DNA of 63,449 bases, filler included, from Rhabdomonas costata (GCA_019059605.1; 32 parts of 32 records of this genome joined end to end with filler, not necessarily neighbours in it), one strand, 5' to 3'; positions 47,921 through 61,464 are shown, counted from the first letter of the whole stretch. The notes: a model not told the origin generated them from the sequence alone. Numbers and translations: made by a program.

Positions 47921-49410
47921 AGTGGAGGCGGTGCCGCATCCCGTGGCAAGCGGCTGCAGCGGGACCATATTCCCCGCCATTTGGTGACGGGGTGTCTGCT
48001 TAGGAACAGAGGAACAGGACAACAAAGCACAACAAAAAAACAAAAGAGAAGAGGGCAAAAAATGATTACACACAGTATGACTTGCTTTTTGATGGGAATC
48101 CAGCTTCCATAATGTGGCTGTTTTTTTTTCTTTTCTTCCACTTTTCTTCAGAGTTTTTTGCTGTGTGTTTGTTGTTGAGCTTCCGAGACCTCTTCATTTT
48201 CTGCTCTCTCTCTCCCCCAAAAATCTCGAACTAGATGGCTTCTCAGGCTCTGGCTCCGGCGTCAGCAGCGTCTCCCGCTCCCGCTGCTCCCTCCCCGGCA
48301 CCGTCTCCAGGGCAGGCCCAGGCCGCGCAGCCCACTCAAGTTACGCGGACGTTGAGCGCCATTGAAGGGGCGCGGCTGTTTGGAGCTCCTGTGTCGGAGG
48401 CAAGGCCCGCTTCCCGGAGTATGTGTGCCTGTTTCCTTTTCTTTTCTGCCAAATTTGGGTCCCACATGCCAAATGGAGGGAAGTTTTTGTTGAGTTAGGG
48501 ACAGGTATGTCTGTTTGACCAGTTTATCTTGGTCAGTTAAGACACCCCAGAAGTAATTTTTAGCTTCCTCGTTGGGCATCCGCCGGAACGCCGCTCAGAT
48601 TTTGGTGATGGAGCTGTTGTTGTTTCGGCAGATTCCCTGTATGTTTCCCTCCAGAACTCAACCGATTTCGTGTTCCTTCAGACATCTGTTTGCTCCCATA
48701 TGGAGCAGAATAAATCGACGTTCTGGGAAATAGCGTAAGGGGGTGGGGTGGCGTTGGCTGGCCTGAGTTGAAGGAGCTGACGATGCGAAATAAGGTGGAG
48801 TGATGCAGAGCCGAGGATGGCTATGACAATGACAGAGAAGTGAAGGTCGTTCCAGGAGAGCTCATTTGTCTGCATGCAAATCTTTCAGGGTTCACCTCCT
48901 GATGCTATTTCGGTGCTATTGTTGGTGTTCGGTGAGGTCGCTGATACTTTCCGAATCTACTGCTGTTTTGTCTTTCTGGCAGTTTCTGCCCGGGCCCTGG
49001 AACTTTGAAAAACTCCTTCTTCAGTTTGAAGTTGAAGTTTGAAGTGGGAAGGAGAACTTGAAATTGTCTTGAGAGGCTAGAGGGGAATTTATATTGATGA
49101 GCTCACCAGGAAAAGCCGGTCACTTGCCCTTGCCAGTCGTTCGCGGTCGGAGACATGGAACACTTTGGGTTTGGTGTTTTTTCACTTTCGCTTTCAGTTT
49201 GGCGCTCGGGAACGACTACCGCCTCGACGACGGGGGGCGCTCTCAGGGTGTGCTTCGTATTGTACCATCAGACGATTTTCTTACGAATTCGCTTTCACTC
49301 AACGTGAGTGTCTACGATTTTATGCTTTGCATCAACCCTTGGAACCGAGCTGTGGAAACCTCAGATACCGGAGGGCGCTCTTGTTTCGGCACTCATTGAG
49401 CTGTTTCTGT

Positions 49411-49549
49411 GGTTATGACCAATTTGATTGGCGTAGATGGGCGCTGATTGGACTCTCGACGGACCCAGGTGATGGATAGACCTAAGTGGCTCTGGTTGGG
49501 TGGAAAGTCCAATCAGAGCCCATCTACGCCAATCAAATTGGTCACAACC
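49411..49549. repeat. Terminal imperfect inverted repeat (about 47-bp arms)
   Basis: TGACCAATTTGATTGGCGTAGATGGGC.CTGATTGGACT.TC and its reverse complement, with two internal mismatches. Confidence 0.75.
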
Positions 49550-50032
49550 NNNNNNNNNNNNNNNNNNNNNNNNNNNNNNNNNNNNNNNNNNNNTTAATTA
49601 ATTAANNNNNNNNNNNNNNNNNNNNNNNNNNNNNNNNNNNNNNNNNNNNGTGGTGTGGGGTTTTTGAGTGATAGGAGTTGTGACTCTGTTCTGGCTGCTG
49701 CCTTGCAACTGAGACGGCGGTGCATGAAAGGACATGCCCTTCAAAGCTCAAAACACGACCCAATCGCGGCTTCTTTCTGCACACGTCACTGTAGCCCAAA
49801 GACGTGCCGAACGACAGTCGGTGAGCCCCTCCACAAACTCACAAGAAATGGAAAGACATGCGCCTACCCCTCTGGATCGTGTTCAACGAACAGGATCCTC
49901 ACATGCGTGCATCCACACCGTACAAACTTCCTCCACCTTCTCATAGGCGTTGCTTGATACCACCCGTCACACTGGGAGCCGCCTTCTGCGAGTCCCAGTG
50001 TGTGAGCGCCTATCTGTGTGTCACTATATATC

Positions 50033-50755
50033 CTACCGTTCTGCCGGTAGGGTTGGGACGACCTCCCAGTTCCCTCGCCTCTTGGACCCGCAGCAAAGCC
50101 GCGCCACAGCCGCGCAGAAGTGGCCCACCACGGCCACCGCGGCAAGCCCCAGCACACAGTGGAGCTGGGGGTACCCCACCCCCATGAAGGGTGCCGCACT
50201 GCTTACAGACCAAGCCGCGTTGACGACATTGACGGACACCGGAATGGCGGCGAGCAGCACGCAGCACCAAAAGCTCCCTGAAATCAGGAAAGACAGCACA
50301 GTCTTCTTCCCTTCCCTTCCCTGCGAAGGCAGTGTACATATGTTTGAGTCTTTGAGTCTTTTCAGTGTATTTTTTGATGCCAAGCTTGTTTGTAAAAGCA
50401 CCCGCAACTGTGCTGACAACTCCTGTTGCCGCAGTGCCATGTTTTTTCTTCTTAACCGTAAGACAGCATAAAGGACAAAACTTTCGGCCAAAAGAGTATC
50501 CGCACAAGCGGAAAGCTCTCACTGTTTGCAAGTTCGAGCATGTTCATTCACTATGAGTCTTGATCCTCACACAGAACGAGACGCTATCCTGAGAGCGAAG
50601 GCAAAACCCGTGGGCAAAGAACCTGGGACCCGAAACGGGCGCAGGGCATCGGGCTGGGTCCACCGCAGCTTCAGGAAGCAGAAGAAAACCAGCACAAGGA
50701 TCGGCACCGTGAGAAGCACAGTTAGCTCGACAATCAGCTGGTAGGGCAGCCACAC
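50033..50755 (-). CDS. APC-family amino acid/polyamine permease, last exons 50755-50623 and 50277-50033
   Basis: LPYQLIVEL...LVFFCFLKLRWTQPDALRPFRVPG|GSFWCCVLLAAIP...; LR...P...RPF.VPG signature; the intron is in phase. Confidence 0.8.
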
Positions 50756-51779
50756 CTAAAGGTGCAGAATGCAGAATGAATATGGCAGCCCCCCTCACTT
50801 GGTTTCAACCACAGCCAGTGACAAATCTTCAAACTTGCTCTGGTCAGCGTGCAGCGCTGGCTCGGCATGCGATCGCACCGTCTTTTGGGGAGGCATTGGT
50901 ACTTGGCTGCGCGGTGTTCTGCCACCATGATGATCCTTGGTCCTTAAGAGCCCCGAGCCCGTTCCAGCGTTCGCGATTTTTCTGGTACTGGGTTTCTAAC
51001 TGGGGCACAGCACATAAAGCTAACCACTACTCGTTTCTGTCTCATCGAGCCAGTGACGTGTACCTCTTCATAAAAAAACAAGAGACCACTGGAGGGGGGG
51101 GGAGCGATTTGTCGGAGGAATGCCACGCCCTCCCGGTTTTGCATAAACTGATGCAAAGGCACTCAGCCCGGACGTCTAACACTGTTGGAAGAAGAATCTT
51201 AGAGATTCTATCCTCCCGCCTGCTGCTGTAGCGGGTGACTGTGAGCCCGCTTGCTGGGGCACGAAGCGACGCTTTTCTTGTGCGCCGTGCGTGCTCCGTG
51301 CGTTGCCTGTCAACTTCATGGTTCACTTGCCCTGTCTATTGTACACAGTCATACGCAGACACAACACCTTAACTTCCGTCACTGCTGAACAATTGCCCTC
51401 CTGCCCCCCCTGGCAACCGTCAATTCTGTTGTTGTAGACTCCTAGCTGCTGGCGCAGCGCGTGATCGACCACTTTTCGGGAGGAGGATAGAAGCATAAAT
51501 GTGCCTGTCAAAAAAGGGCATCCCGCCCACAAAAANNNNNNNNNNNNNNNNNNNNNNNNNNNNNNNNNNNNNNNNNNNNTTAATTAATTAANNNNNNNNN
51601 NNNNNNNNNNNNNNNNNNNNNNNNNNNNNNNNNNNGGGCTGGAGCAGCCGCACCCCGAGGGGTATCGAGGGTTCTGGCGCCGAGCAATGGAACGCCGCGT
51701 TTGAGGAGTTTGGGGGGCTGACGGGCTCCACTCTAGTCACAGCTAGCTCGCCCCTTATACAGGCGGGGGGCCGCCTGTG

Positions 51780-51900
51780 CCTTGGCAGCAGCGTTTCCCC
51801 GCCGTGGTCCTCTTTGACGGCGGTAGAAGTGGAGGAGGGCAGCGGCTCGTCCGGGTTGGCGCGGCGTGGGTTCAGCCGCGAGACGGAGGACTCATGGCGG
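51780..51900 (+). mobile_element. Possible degenerate RNase H of a retroelement
   Basis: VVLFDGGRSGG...VGAAWV resembles the first RNase H motif (FDGGSRG..G..GAG.V); there are stops nearby. Confidence 0.25.
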
Positions 51901-54900
51901 GGGGACCTCAAACAGGCCTGCGTGTGGGGCTGTACCCTTTGCCCGCTGGAGCTGGCCGTGGTGACACACCGCGTGGGCTGGTTCAGGTAGAAGAGAAAGA
52001 GGGCAGCTGGAGGGGAGAAGTGGGGAGCTTTGGATAGGGCGAGCAGATGGAGTTGGCGCGGGTTTCGGGAGCGTCTCTCGGGCACCCGAATCATGGGTGG
52101 TGTGTGAATGCAAGAAAGATCGCCACAAACGTTTTATTTCCTTTAATAAATAAGATCTGATTGGGCACATCATGACAAACATACCGCAGGAGTTGGCCAG
52201 AAAATACCACAACACTTCCGCCAATGTGTTGTCTTGTGGTCTGTTCTGTCGGTATGCATCGTAATTTTTCCAAAACTGAATCGAGGCCGGACGCATGGCC
52301 AATAATGTGTTCAAAATTCTCAGAATTCTGAACACCCCAAAAGGAACAAGTGGGAAAGGGTTCGCGGTTTTAACACTGCCAGAGTTAAATTACATTGTTC
52401 ATGAGAAAAGTGTCCAGGTCCAGGGTGATATTTCTTATTTTAGACGAAACAAAGCAGTTCTGCCTCGCACCCGCCCAGTACCGTTTTTCTACTACCCCAT
52501 TTTTCGAATGAAAAACTTACATGAAAATGTCCTGTCTCGAATTATGGTCAAAATCCGACTTGTCGTCTTGGAGAAATCCAAGGCCAAAAATGCGCTCGGG
52601 AGTCAGGTGCGTCCGTTGGCACCCATGAACAATTCAAGAGAGGACTTGCTGTGTTACCCTATTCTTTTCGCAGACACCACAGGCGCGAGAGCGTGGGCTC
52701 CTTTTTAGCCACTGAAGAAGCCACACCGGGGGACGCCGGTGAGGAGGAACAGTGGGTTGTTGGTCTGCTGAAGGAAGTTCGGGCCACAAAGCTGTCCAGC
52801 GCGGGCTCCTCACTGCTGGGTGCTTCAGCGCTGCCCCGCGGCAGGGTGAGCGCCAAGCCCTCCCCCGCTGTTGTTGGGGCCGCACCGCGGCCTCTGACGA
52901 TCAGTCTGTTGGGCTCCGATGTTGGATAAGCTAAGGGTGGAAATTGGAGTGGCGACAACAAAAAGCAGAGGACGCTCAGTGGCAAATGTCAGCACTGTCA
53001 GCGTACGGGAGGTCAAAGGGTGAGGTGCACCGGAACACGCGCGGCATGTTTGGCCCTTGCTTGCAGCAGGTTGCTCCGTGCTAGGTTACAAGCAGACCCC
53101 CTTTCGTGAGTGGTCAGGTCCACCTGTGAATCGTGCATCTATGTGGCACCAGAGCACGTGTGCCCCGTCCGAAGTTGAATGCATCTTCTCTCAAGGCATC
53201 TTCACTGCGACACCGCAGAGCCTAAAGGTTTGGCGTGGAGCTGCCCGCTGAGCCCACACCAGAAATGGAAAAGCCCAAATTCAACCCAAGCAGTAGTACC
53301 CACTCTTGCAGCTGCCCGATCGTAACAGTACAATGGTTCACTTAAATTTATATCACTTAAATTAAGCGCCAACGCAGTCGCTGCGGAACTTTTCGTGGTC
53401 CCCAGGGGTATATGTGTGTCGTTTCACTTTCTTTTTTTTTGGAGGGGGGCGCTTTTCGGTCGACGTACAGGGCTTCTTCTTTGCTTTTCTTACTCCCCTA
53501 CGGCCTTCCTTCTTCGCGCNNNNNNNNNNNNNNNNNNNNNNNNNNNNNNNNNNNNNNNNNNNNTTAATTAATTAANNNNNNNNNNNNNNNNNNNNNNNNN
53601 NNNNNNNNNNNNNNNNNNNCGCCGGAGGGACAGAAGCGTAGCGACCCCCCTGTGGAACAAAGACCGTTGTTGTTGTAGGGAAGAGGGAGCCTCATTCTGT
53701 GCCACTCCCCCCACGGCATGGGGTGGGGTGTAGTGGTGAGCTCCTTTTTTGGCCGATGCTATGGCATCCCCTAACGGCAGGGGCTCTTTGTTGCTCAGAA
53801 ACTGTGCAGCTGTGAAACTGTGAAGAACTTCGGTGGAACCCTTCCCCTGTCTCTGGCGGTCTCTCTCCCTCTCTGGCTTCTGACAATATCAAGTTTTGAA
53901 CCGTTGCTTGGTTTCTGGACCTTGCAAAGTTTTTCTCGGGCGCTTTCATGGCCTTGACACGACATGGCATGACATGACATGATAAAAACTATATCCATCC
54001 TCTTTTGTTACAACAGCACTGTTTTTTTAGTGTTGGGTTTTGGGGAGCCACCTCATGTCCGTTCGTCTTTTGCCGCGTATCGCGCACCCTCCTGTTTTTG
54101 GCTCAGGCTTGACGCCCGTCTCCCCACCCCAGGGGGGTCCCAGCTGACCCCTCTCGGCAGCTGAGCATCCACCATGGAGTATGCTCACCAGAGTTACTGC
54201 TTCGGACGGCCCCTTTCCCCCTCTCTTCCATTCACCATGGAACTGCGAGCCCACGAACAACCCACGAGCAACCAATGGAACACGTTTGGCTAGGAAACAT
54301 TGCTGAAGCAAAGAAAAAAGTAAGACCACTCCAGCACTCCAGCACTCCTGGGCATTGCGTATGAAGTGGGTTTTGGTGGTGAATACGACAGCTCGGTGGT
54401 CATTGCTTCGAAGTTACATATAATCTCTTTTCATTTACCAAAACGCTGGCAGTGTGACGGTGTTTTTCTTGGATTTACCAAAAGTTGTGACTGTTTACTT
54501 TGGTTGTCGTTGTCTGCAAGCAACAAACAGAGGCCGAGAGAGCGAGTTTTGGAATCAGACGACATTTTGTTCGCATCAGGGAAAAGCAGAAAGACACGAC
54601 AACAGCAAGTACCTGGCAGTAGGGAGCGGGAGTGTGAGGGGTTGAGCAGGGTGTCAGAAGTCCTGCTGATTCCGTGAATGTGTTTGCAATTCCCATCAGG
54701 CCCTCAGGCTGGTCGAAAGATTTCGCTGGACTTTCTACGGGGTGCACCTTCCTTTTAGAGAGAGCGGGTTGGAAGGGTTCGTGTCCTGCAAGTCGGAGGA
54801 CCTTCACCGAGCACGACTGACGAGTCGAGAGGTACAGTCTGCACGTCAGGAGCCTTGGCGCCGGAGAGCATCGCAGCTATGAGGGACCGCGACCACGGCC

Positions 54901-55606
54901 AGTGCCGTTTGTTTTGGATATAGGGGGCGTCTTTTTTTCCTACGAGGGTCGTGGATGTGTAACGGATTGTATGAGAGTTTGGCTGGCATTTATTGAGTGG
55001 CACGCCTCGTCATCATTGCAGCAGTGTGGAAATTCAAAACCACACACCACAAAGAAAACTGTATTCACTCTCAAATCCTTCTTTTTCTGAGCGAGCTCAT
55101 TTTTTCTGCAACGAGGCAGCTGGAACAGAGCACCAATACCACGAAATATTGAACTAGTAGTAGAAAATTAGTAGCCAGAAGACCGTTGACCCGTTGACCC
55201 GTTGACCTTCTGACCTTTGAACACAACATTTGCTGCAACGGATCACTCATTTGCGTGGAGACACTCATTTGCGTGGAGAAGAAGTTGTCAGGGTTTCCAA
55301 TACTCTTTTCGGGGAGTTCTCTGCACCTGTGCAGCGCCAGTGCAAAGATGGACTCGATGGAGCCGGGGCTGGATCGCTGTCATGATTCTCTTAATCTGCT
55401 AGCAACTTCTCCATCGACACCCGCACTTTCCCTGAGGTTCCTCTGCTCTTCAGAGTCAAAAGGAGCCAGGATGCGTCTCGCTAAAAAAAGGATACACACA
55501 CACCCNNNNNNNNNNNNNNNNNNNNNNNNNNNNNNNNNNNNNNNNNNNNTTAATTAATTAANNNNNNNNNNNNNNNNNNNNNNNNNNNNNNNNNNNNNNN
55601 NNNNNG

Positions 55607-56095
55607 CAGCACGACACGTACTGCGTGGTTGTGGTCGCGGAGGGTTTTGGGTAGGTGTCCTGGGCCCCATTGGGGAAGGAGGGTGGATGGTAGGGTGCGT
55701 CTGGAAAATAGGAACTGCCTTCACGCTAATGTAAGGGTTTTCAAGAGTTGTGGCGGCTCCGATATGCAGCCTTTGAAAAGAGATTTGCGGGATACATCAT
55801 CCTGATTCCGCAAGTCGGTAAACCCTCTATCAATGTTGAAGCGGATTTTAAACCACCCACCCGACTATGACGCCATTCAGGTGGCAGAAAGCACGTGAGA
55901 GAAAGACAAAGTCTTTCCCACCCGGGACTGGTCATTTTTCCTCTTCGACTTTTTCCAGGACTATTTCCCAGACTTGGGCACAGACGCCTCTGGGAACAAG
56001 AAGCTGGGCGACATTGGGGTCTTCCTCAAAGAGAAGATCGACGAGCACATGAAGAAGAAGTACTCTGACTACACCGTGAAATACATCGACCCGAG
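55607..56095 (+). CDS. PFK: Phosphofructokinase of the PPi-PFK-related, kinetoplastid-like ATP-PFK group, exons 55607-55654 and 55959-56095
   Basis: YCVVVVAEGFG[TAG]|DYFPDLGTDASGNKKLGDIGVFLKEKI...TVKYIDP(S); hallmark motifs AEGFGQD, DASGNKKL.DIG and VKYIDPSY. Confidence 0.9.
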
Positions 56096-57076
56096 GTGCC
56101 CTCTTTCTTCCTCGCTGTGTGGATATGGCATTGGTTTGACGTCCCAAATGCATACCCAGCTGACAGACGTGATCGTGGGATTCTGTGAACACCCAGAACC
56201 AAGGAGGCCCTCTTTTTTTTTGTTTTGTTTGCGTGGAAAAAAACTTGAAACACGCCCTTTCCAAGAATCATGGAAAACCGTGAAAAAGGAGGAAGCGCCA
56301 CCAAGCTTTCAGAACGAGCAAAAAAAAAGTTGAACCGAAAAAAATATGATAAAATTGAACGAAAAAAAGCGTGGAAACTTGTGCAGCCCTGGCAGTGCAA
56401 GGTTTCTCAAGCGCTCCGCTTGTACGCGTCATCCAGCCTCCCGGCGAATTAAAATGGCAGGTTTCAATTGATCCTGGAGTTCAAACCCCTTCACCACTGA
56501 AAAGATTGTCCTTTGGTGGGGGAAACATGAAACATCATACTTTACCCTCAATGGCAGGCACAGCAGTTCTCGATGCAGCACCCGAAAACAAACAGTTTAC
56601 AAGAAGGAACGCGAGAGAGATCAGAGGGGGGTTAACAAGAAGCCAAAAAGAAACAGAACGGCAAACCAGTGCAAGCCAGTGGGCACTATGGGATGAATCA
56701 AAGCAATGGGCACTATGTACAGTGCTAAATTGAAAAATGTATTTGTCGGGAAAACCGACCAACAGTGAAGCACAGGGATGGATGAAGGGGCGAAAGTCAG
56801 GGGGAAACAAGGGATAGCTGGGACAAGAATCTAGTTGCACAGGAAGGACGGAGTGGTGAGCGGAGTGAAGGCTAAAATCGGACGATTCGAAAAAGAGGAA
56901 GGAGGATAGAAGGACGACGGCCTGATTGAGCCGAAGGCGGCAGAAAAACCTCCGTAAGTCCGACTTCGAGGATTGCTTCCACTCTTTCTCGCCAGCAACG
57001 ACTAGGTGTCTGGAGGGTTATTCTTCATTGCCAGTTTTAAGTATTCCGCAAAATAATGCTTCTCTTGGTTTAGTTC

Positions 57077-57484
57077 CGTTGTGTACTGTGTGCATGTGGG
57101 GTTCGCAGCTACATGATCCGGTCTTGTGTGGCCACGGGTGCAGACGCCTGCTTCTGCTTGCAGCTGGCAAATTTTGCGGTGCACGAGGCGATGTTTGGAA
57201 GCACAGGTGAGTGAGGGATCGGTGAGGACCTTTTTTCCTCTTAGCTTCTTTTTTCGCTTCGCTCACTCGGGATTTTTTTTTTTGGATGTGGACGTGCTTT
57301 GAAGTATTTGTTTGATGTCCTTTGGGTTGCCAGAAGGACAGCGTAGTGAGGGATTGAGATATGGGTTTGGGTGTCCACGGGTGCAGACGCCTGCTTCTGC
57401 TTGCAGCTGGCAAATTTTGCGGTGCACGAGGCCACACAAGACCGGATCATGTAGCTGCGAACCCCACATGCACACAGTACACAA
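57077..57484. repeat. Local direct duplication plus inverted copy at the contig end (probable amplification chimera)
   Basis: 57132-57189 is repeated at about 57375-57432; 57429-57484 is the reverse complement of about 57077-57133. Confidence 0.75.
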
Positions 57485-57679
57485 CCCACANNNNNNNNNN
57501 NNNNNNNNNNNNNNNNNNNNNNNNNNNNNNNNNNTTAATTAATTAANNNNNNNNNNNNNNNNNNNNNNNNNNNNNNNNNNNNNNNNNNNNGGTTTTTTTT
57601 TTCACAGCTTCTGCGCACGTCATCTCTATTTTCCACACTTTGATTTTGTCGCCTGCTGGAAAAGGGTCAGCAGACGCAC

Positions 57680-58109
57680 CATTGCAGCAGTCATCCTCGT
57701 TGCAGGGCAGGTGCGAGCAAGTGGTGGACTTTGGCTTGGCGAGGTACCCACTCGGGCAGGTGAAGTTGCTCATGCCGCACGTTGCTGCCAAGGGAGTGCA
57801 TAAAGGGATCAAAAAATGGCACAAAGTCCAGGTGGTTAGTGAACACCGGATATCTCCGACGTAAAAATCTCTTTCCAGCGAATGTCTGATCGAAGATGTT
57901 GTACAAAGTCCGTCCGACGTAAGAGTTTGAAAGCCTGGGACCGCACTTATGCTACTCTCCGCGCTCATTCCAGACCTGTCAACTTCTCGCACGTGCATCG
58001 AATTCTCCACTGTGCCACGCCGCCTCACCCCCTCACCACCCAATACTTGTTTCTAACAACCGTCTGAGAGTACCCAAACACACTTTGTGCACTTGGCCGG
58101 GACGACTTT

Positions 58110-58147
<38 letters not shown>

Positions 58148-59349
58148 CTTCACATCCCCCCACAGACGAGCGACAGAGAACGAATGATTATGCGGTTACG
58201 CTATTCACCAAGTAAACATTGCCAAACGAAAAGCGTTTGTAGCTCAGCTGCGAAAAAAAAAACGCCGAGAGAAGCGGCGAGCAGAAGGAATCTGGGATCT
58301 TAGCTCAGTGGTACAGAGTTTCGGGGCAAAAAATGCAAGGAGGACAAAAACCGAGACCACAATGACAAATTCCGCGGTACTGAGAAGTGACCAGGTGAGA
58401 AAAGGTGTGAATGAGATCCCAGTTATCCGCGATGTGTCATTAATTGCTTTAAAATGGGCTTAAAAAAATGGTGGTGGGCTAAGCCCAACCTTTGAAATGG
58501 TGTCAAATATAAAAACCTCGGGTTTAAAACAGGTTTAAGGCTGCTAACCCTGATTCCGCCCGACCCATCAATCCAATAGGCCGAAAAGCATCTTGCACCA
58601 GAGGGCCGACGTCGCTGAGCAGCCCCAGCTCGTTCAGCCAGTCCGGAGCCCGGGCGGGACGAGGGCCCAGCGCCTGTCCCAGAGCGACCTGTACTGTTTG
58701 CTCCCGGGCTGGGTTCTGCCGCAGCCACAGCAACAGCTGCTGCAGCCGCCCCTGAGTGGGAGAGCAGTGGAGGCCATGAAACAGTGTGCCCTCACCCGCG
58801 GAAGAAAGGAAGGCACAAGTGGCGAGCGGCTGGGTGGGCGGGGAGGAGGGTGCACCAGTGCAACAGTCTGCTTCGCTGCAGGGCAGGTGGGAGCAAGCGG
58901 TAGACTTCGGCAAGGTTGTGTAGTTACCGGGGCAGGTAAAGTTGCTTGTGCCGCATGTCGCTGCGAAGTGAGAGAGAAAGGGATTTCTTCCTCTCTCTAT
59001 AACCAGCCAATAGACCTGTAATTACACCAGATACCGCAGGACGAGTGTGTATGCAGTGTGCACGTGAACCAGAATAAACAACAAAATAACTGAAGAGGCA
59101 TTCTGCGGCAAATTCAACCCTTTCTTTCCATTCGGACCATTCCATCTGGATTCTACTCCACTTCTTCCATCTGGAGAAGTTCATTTCAGATTTCCGCAGA
59201 CACCCACAGTGGGAGTAGGGTGGCGACGATGGTGTGGGGCGCACCAGTGCAGCAGTCATCCTCGTTGCACGGCAGGTGGGAGCAAGCGGTGGACTTTGGC
59301 CTGGAAGTGTAGTCGCCAAGGCAGGTGAAGTTGCTGGTGCCGCACGTCG
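57680..59349 (-). CDS. Cys-rich repeat surface protein built from three homologous 105-nt exons (59349-59245, 58960-58856, 57784-57680)
   Basis: Each exon encodes (A)TCG.SNFTC...Y...PKST.CSHLPC.E.DCC., is bounded by CAG and GTGC, and is phase 1-1. Confidence 0.88.
58114..58144. repeat. (CA)n microsatellite (others: (TA)n 29797-29813, (CA)n about 39087-39107, (CCTTT)n 12685-12726)
   Basis: Directly visible in the sequence. Confidence 0.95.
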
Positions 59350-59701
59350 CTGTATGTGGAAGAACAGGGTTGATTTCGGTGTGATGCATTTTGGAGGAGG
59401 GCCACCAATTCAGCGTTGTTCAAAGCCTCTTTGAACATGGGGCTTGGGGCTTGCGTTAGATGTTAGCAAACCCCAAACCCNNNNNNNNNNNNNNNNNNNN
59501 NNNNNNNNNNNNNNNNNNNNNNNNTTAATTAATTAANNNNNNNNNNNNNNNNNNNNNNNNNNNNNNNNNNNNNNNNNNNNGGGGGGGGGGTGGGGTCGAG
59601 TTTCAGCCTCGCACCGATAGGGCTGGACCACACACATCTTACCTCATTACTTGTTCTCGTCATTGCCGAAGTTCACACGCTGACCTTTTGCGCGCCCACA
59701 G

Positions 59702-61464
59702 GAAGTGCGGCGCTACCGCGATCATCCCCACCAGCTGTCTTTTATTACCCCCCGGGGCTTGCCTTATAACTGTGACCTCTGCCGGGCGTCCTATCGCAGC
59801 ACAGACCCGAGCTGGTGTTGCAAGCCCTGTAACTTCGACATGTGCGAGAAGTGCATGGATAAAGAGGTATTTGTTTGTATTCCAGTAACAGCACTGACTG
59901 CACTCACCCAGCTTGGGCCGCGGAACTTTGGCCGCGTCCTATTTCTTCTCCTGCCTCGGCGCCATTCGGTTGGAAAGGTTAGGAAGATGATGCTTAAAAA
60001 TGGGCCCCTGCGTGGCTCTTGCGCTTGCCCCGACCTTAGACAAGCCATTGAATGCAAGGGCCAAAATGCCATGGCTACTGCGAACTTTTTTCAACTCTAT
60101 AAAAAACGAGTTTTCCGGCGCCTGAGCAAAAGGTTGTGTGCAAAGAAATAACTTCTTCCTTGCAATACTGGTGTTAGCTGGTCGAAGGGGTCCACCCTTT
60201 CCGAGGTCAAGTGGTTCGCGACGATGAGAGATGTAGGGAAGATCAAACCACAAATGGATTGAGGTGCTAAGGAGAATCTTGTGATGGACGGGTCCGGCTG
60301 CAAAGTAAGCCCATCCTCCCCCCTCGTGGTGAGATAGCTGTTCTGGGTTCTCTTGTTTCTCTTGTTCGGGTTGTCTTGCATCCTTAGAGATTCTCGCGGA
60401 GTAACTGCACCATCACCTAATCACGGTGGCTTTTTGCACCCCGGTCATTCCATGCGTTTGGTCAGCTCCTTTGCACTCGCTCAGGGTTTGGATTGGATGC
60501 CCTTTGCGGTGGCCCTGCGGAAGGGCAATGACAAGGCCGCGGTGCTTCTGCTGGTTCCCAGCCTGGCCACTGGGGTGGTGCGGCCTAGCGCCGTGGTGGA
60601 CGTGCAGGCGGGCTCCACGTGGGCGCACCTGGCCGTCGCCGTGGCCGCCGCAGAGACTCTGGAGATACTGCTGTCCTCTGGTGCGAACCCCAACGTCAAG
60701 GTGACCACCCTCCCTCATCCCTTTATCCAAATCCCGTGTTTCGCTCCTCAGTTTTCGTGCCCGTGTTTGCTTTTCTGCCTTTCTGGAGATCCAACCCCAA
60801 CTTTAAGACGATGCGGGATCTTTAGGGTAGGCACCCGCCGGTACTTGTAGAAAAGACTAACGGCGCCCAACATGTGGCGCCTTCTTTAGATGGAGCCGTT
60901 ACATTTGCGAGGCTGTGCTGCTCTGGGCGAGCCGTGCAAAAGACCCCTCTGGCGTCTCTGGTATTTTTGGCTGCGGATGTCTGGAGAAGTTAAAGAGGGA
61001 TGGCGTGAATGCAGGGGACGGTGCTTTGGGAGGGCCCTGATCTATAGCAGAGCTACACTGAGGGTCCTGGGTCCTTTCCCGATGAACACTCAATGGGAGC
61101 ACTGGGAATGTGCCACACTGTCACTGCCGGATTGAATGGCAGCAGTTGCTGTTTGCCGCTCTCTTTTTTCTTGTAGGGCTATCCGCGTTCTTTTCCATTT
61201 TTTTCTGCAACTCCTTCGTCACGCTCAGCCTCCCTTTCGCTGCACTCTGCAGGACGCCCATGGCCGCAGCCCAGCGCTGTGTGCCGCCGTGGACGGCAAG
61301 TGGGATCTCCTGCGGCTGTTCGTGAGGATCTGCGGCCACGCCCGCCCACCGCTCACACCGGCCCCCTGCACCTCCACTACCTTCACTGCCTCCACCGACA
61401 CCTCCGCTCCTTCCCCACTTCCCACAGCCCCTGCTCCACTCCCTATGGCCAGTGCCCCCACCCC
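59702..61464 (+). CDS. ZZ/DC1-like zinc finger + ankyrin-repeat protein, exons 59702-59866, 60485-60700, 61253-61464
   Basis: HPHQL...YNCDLC...WCCKPCNFDMCEKC; GSTWAHLAVAVAAAETLEILLSSGANPNVK|DAHGRSPALCAAVDGKWDLLRLF; phase-0 GT-AG introns. Confidence 0.8.

Noticed and set aside
58294-58340. tRNA-like start GGGATCTTAGCTCAGTGGTA
   Set aside because: No anticodon arm, T-arm (GTTCRA) or acceptor complement follows.
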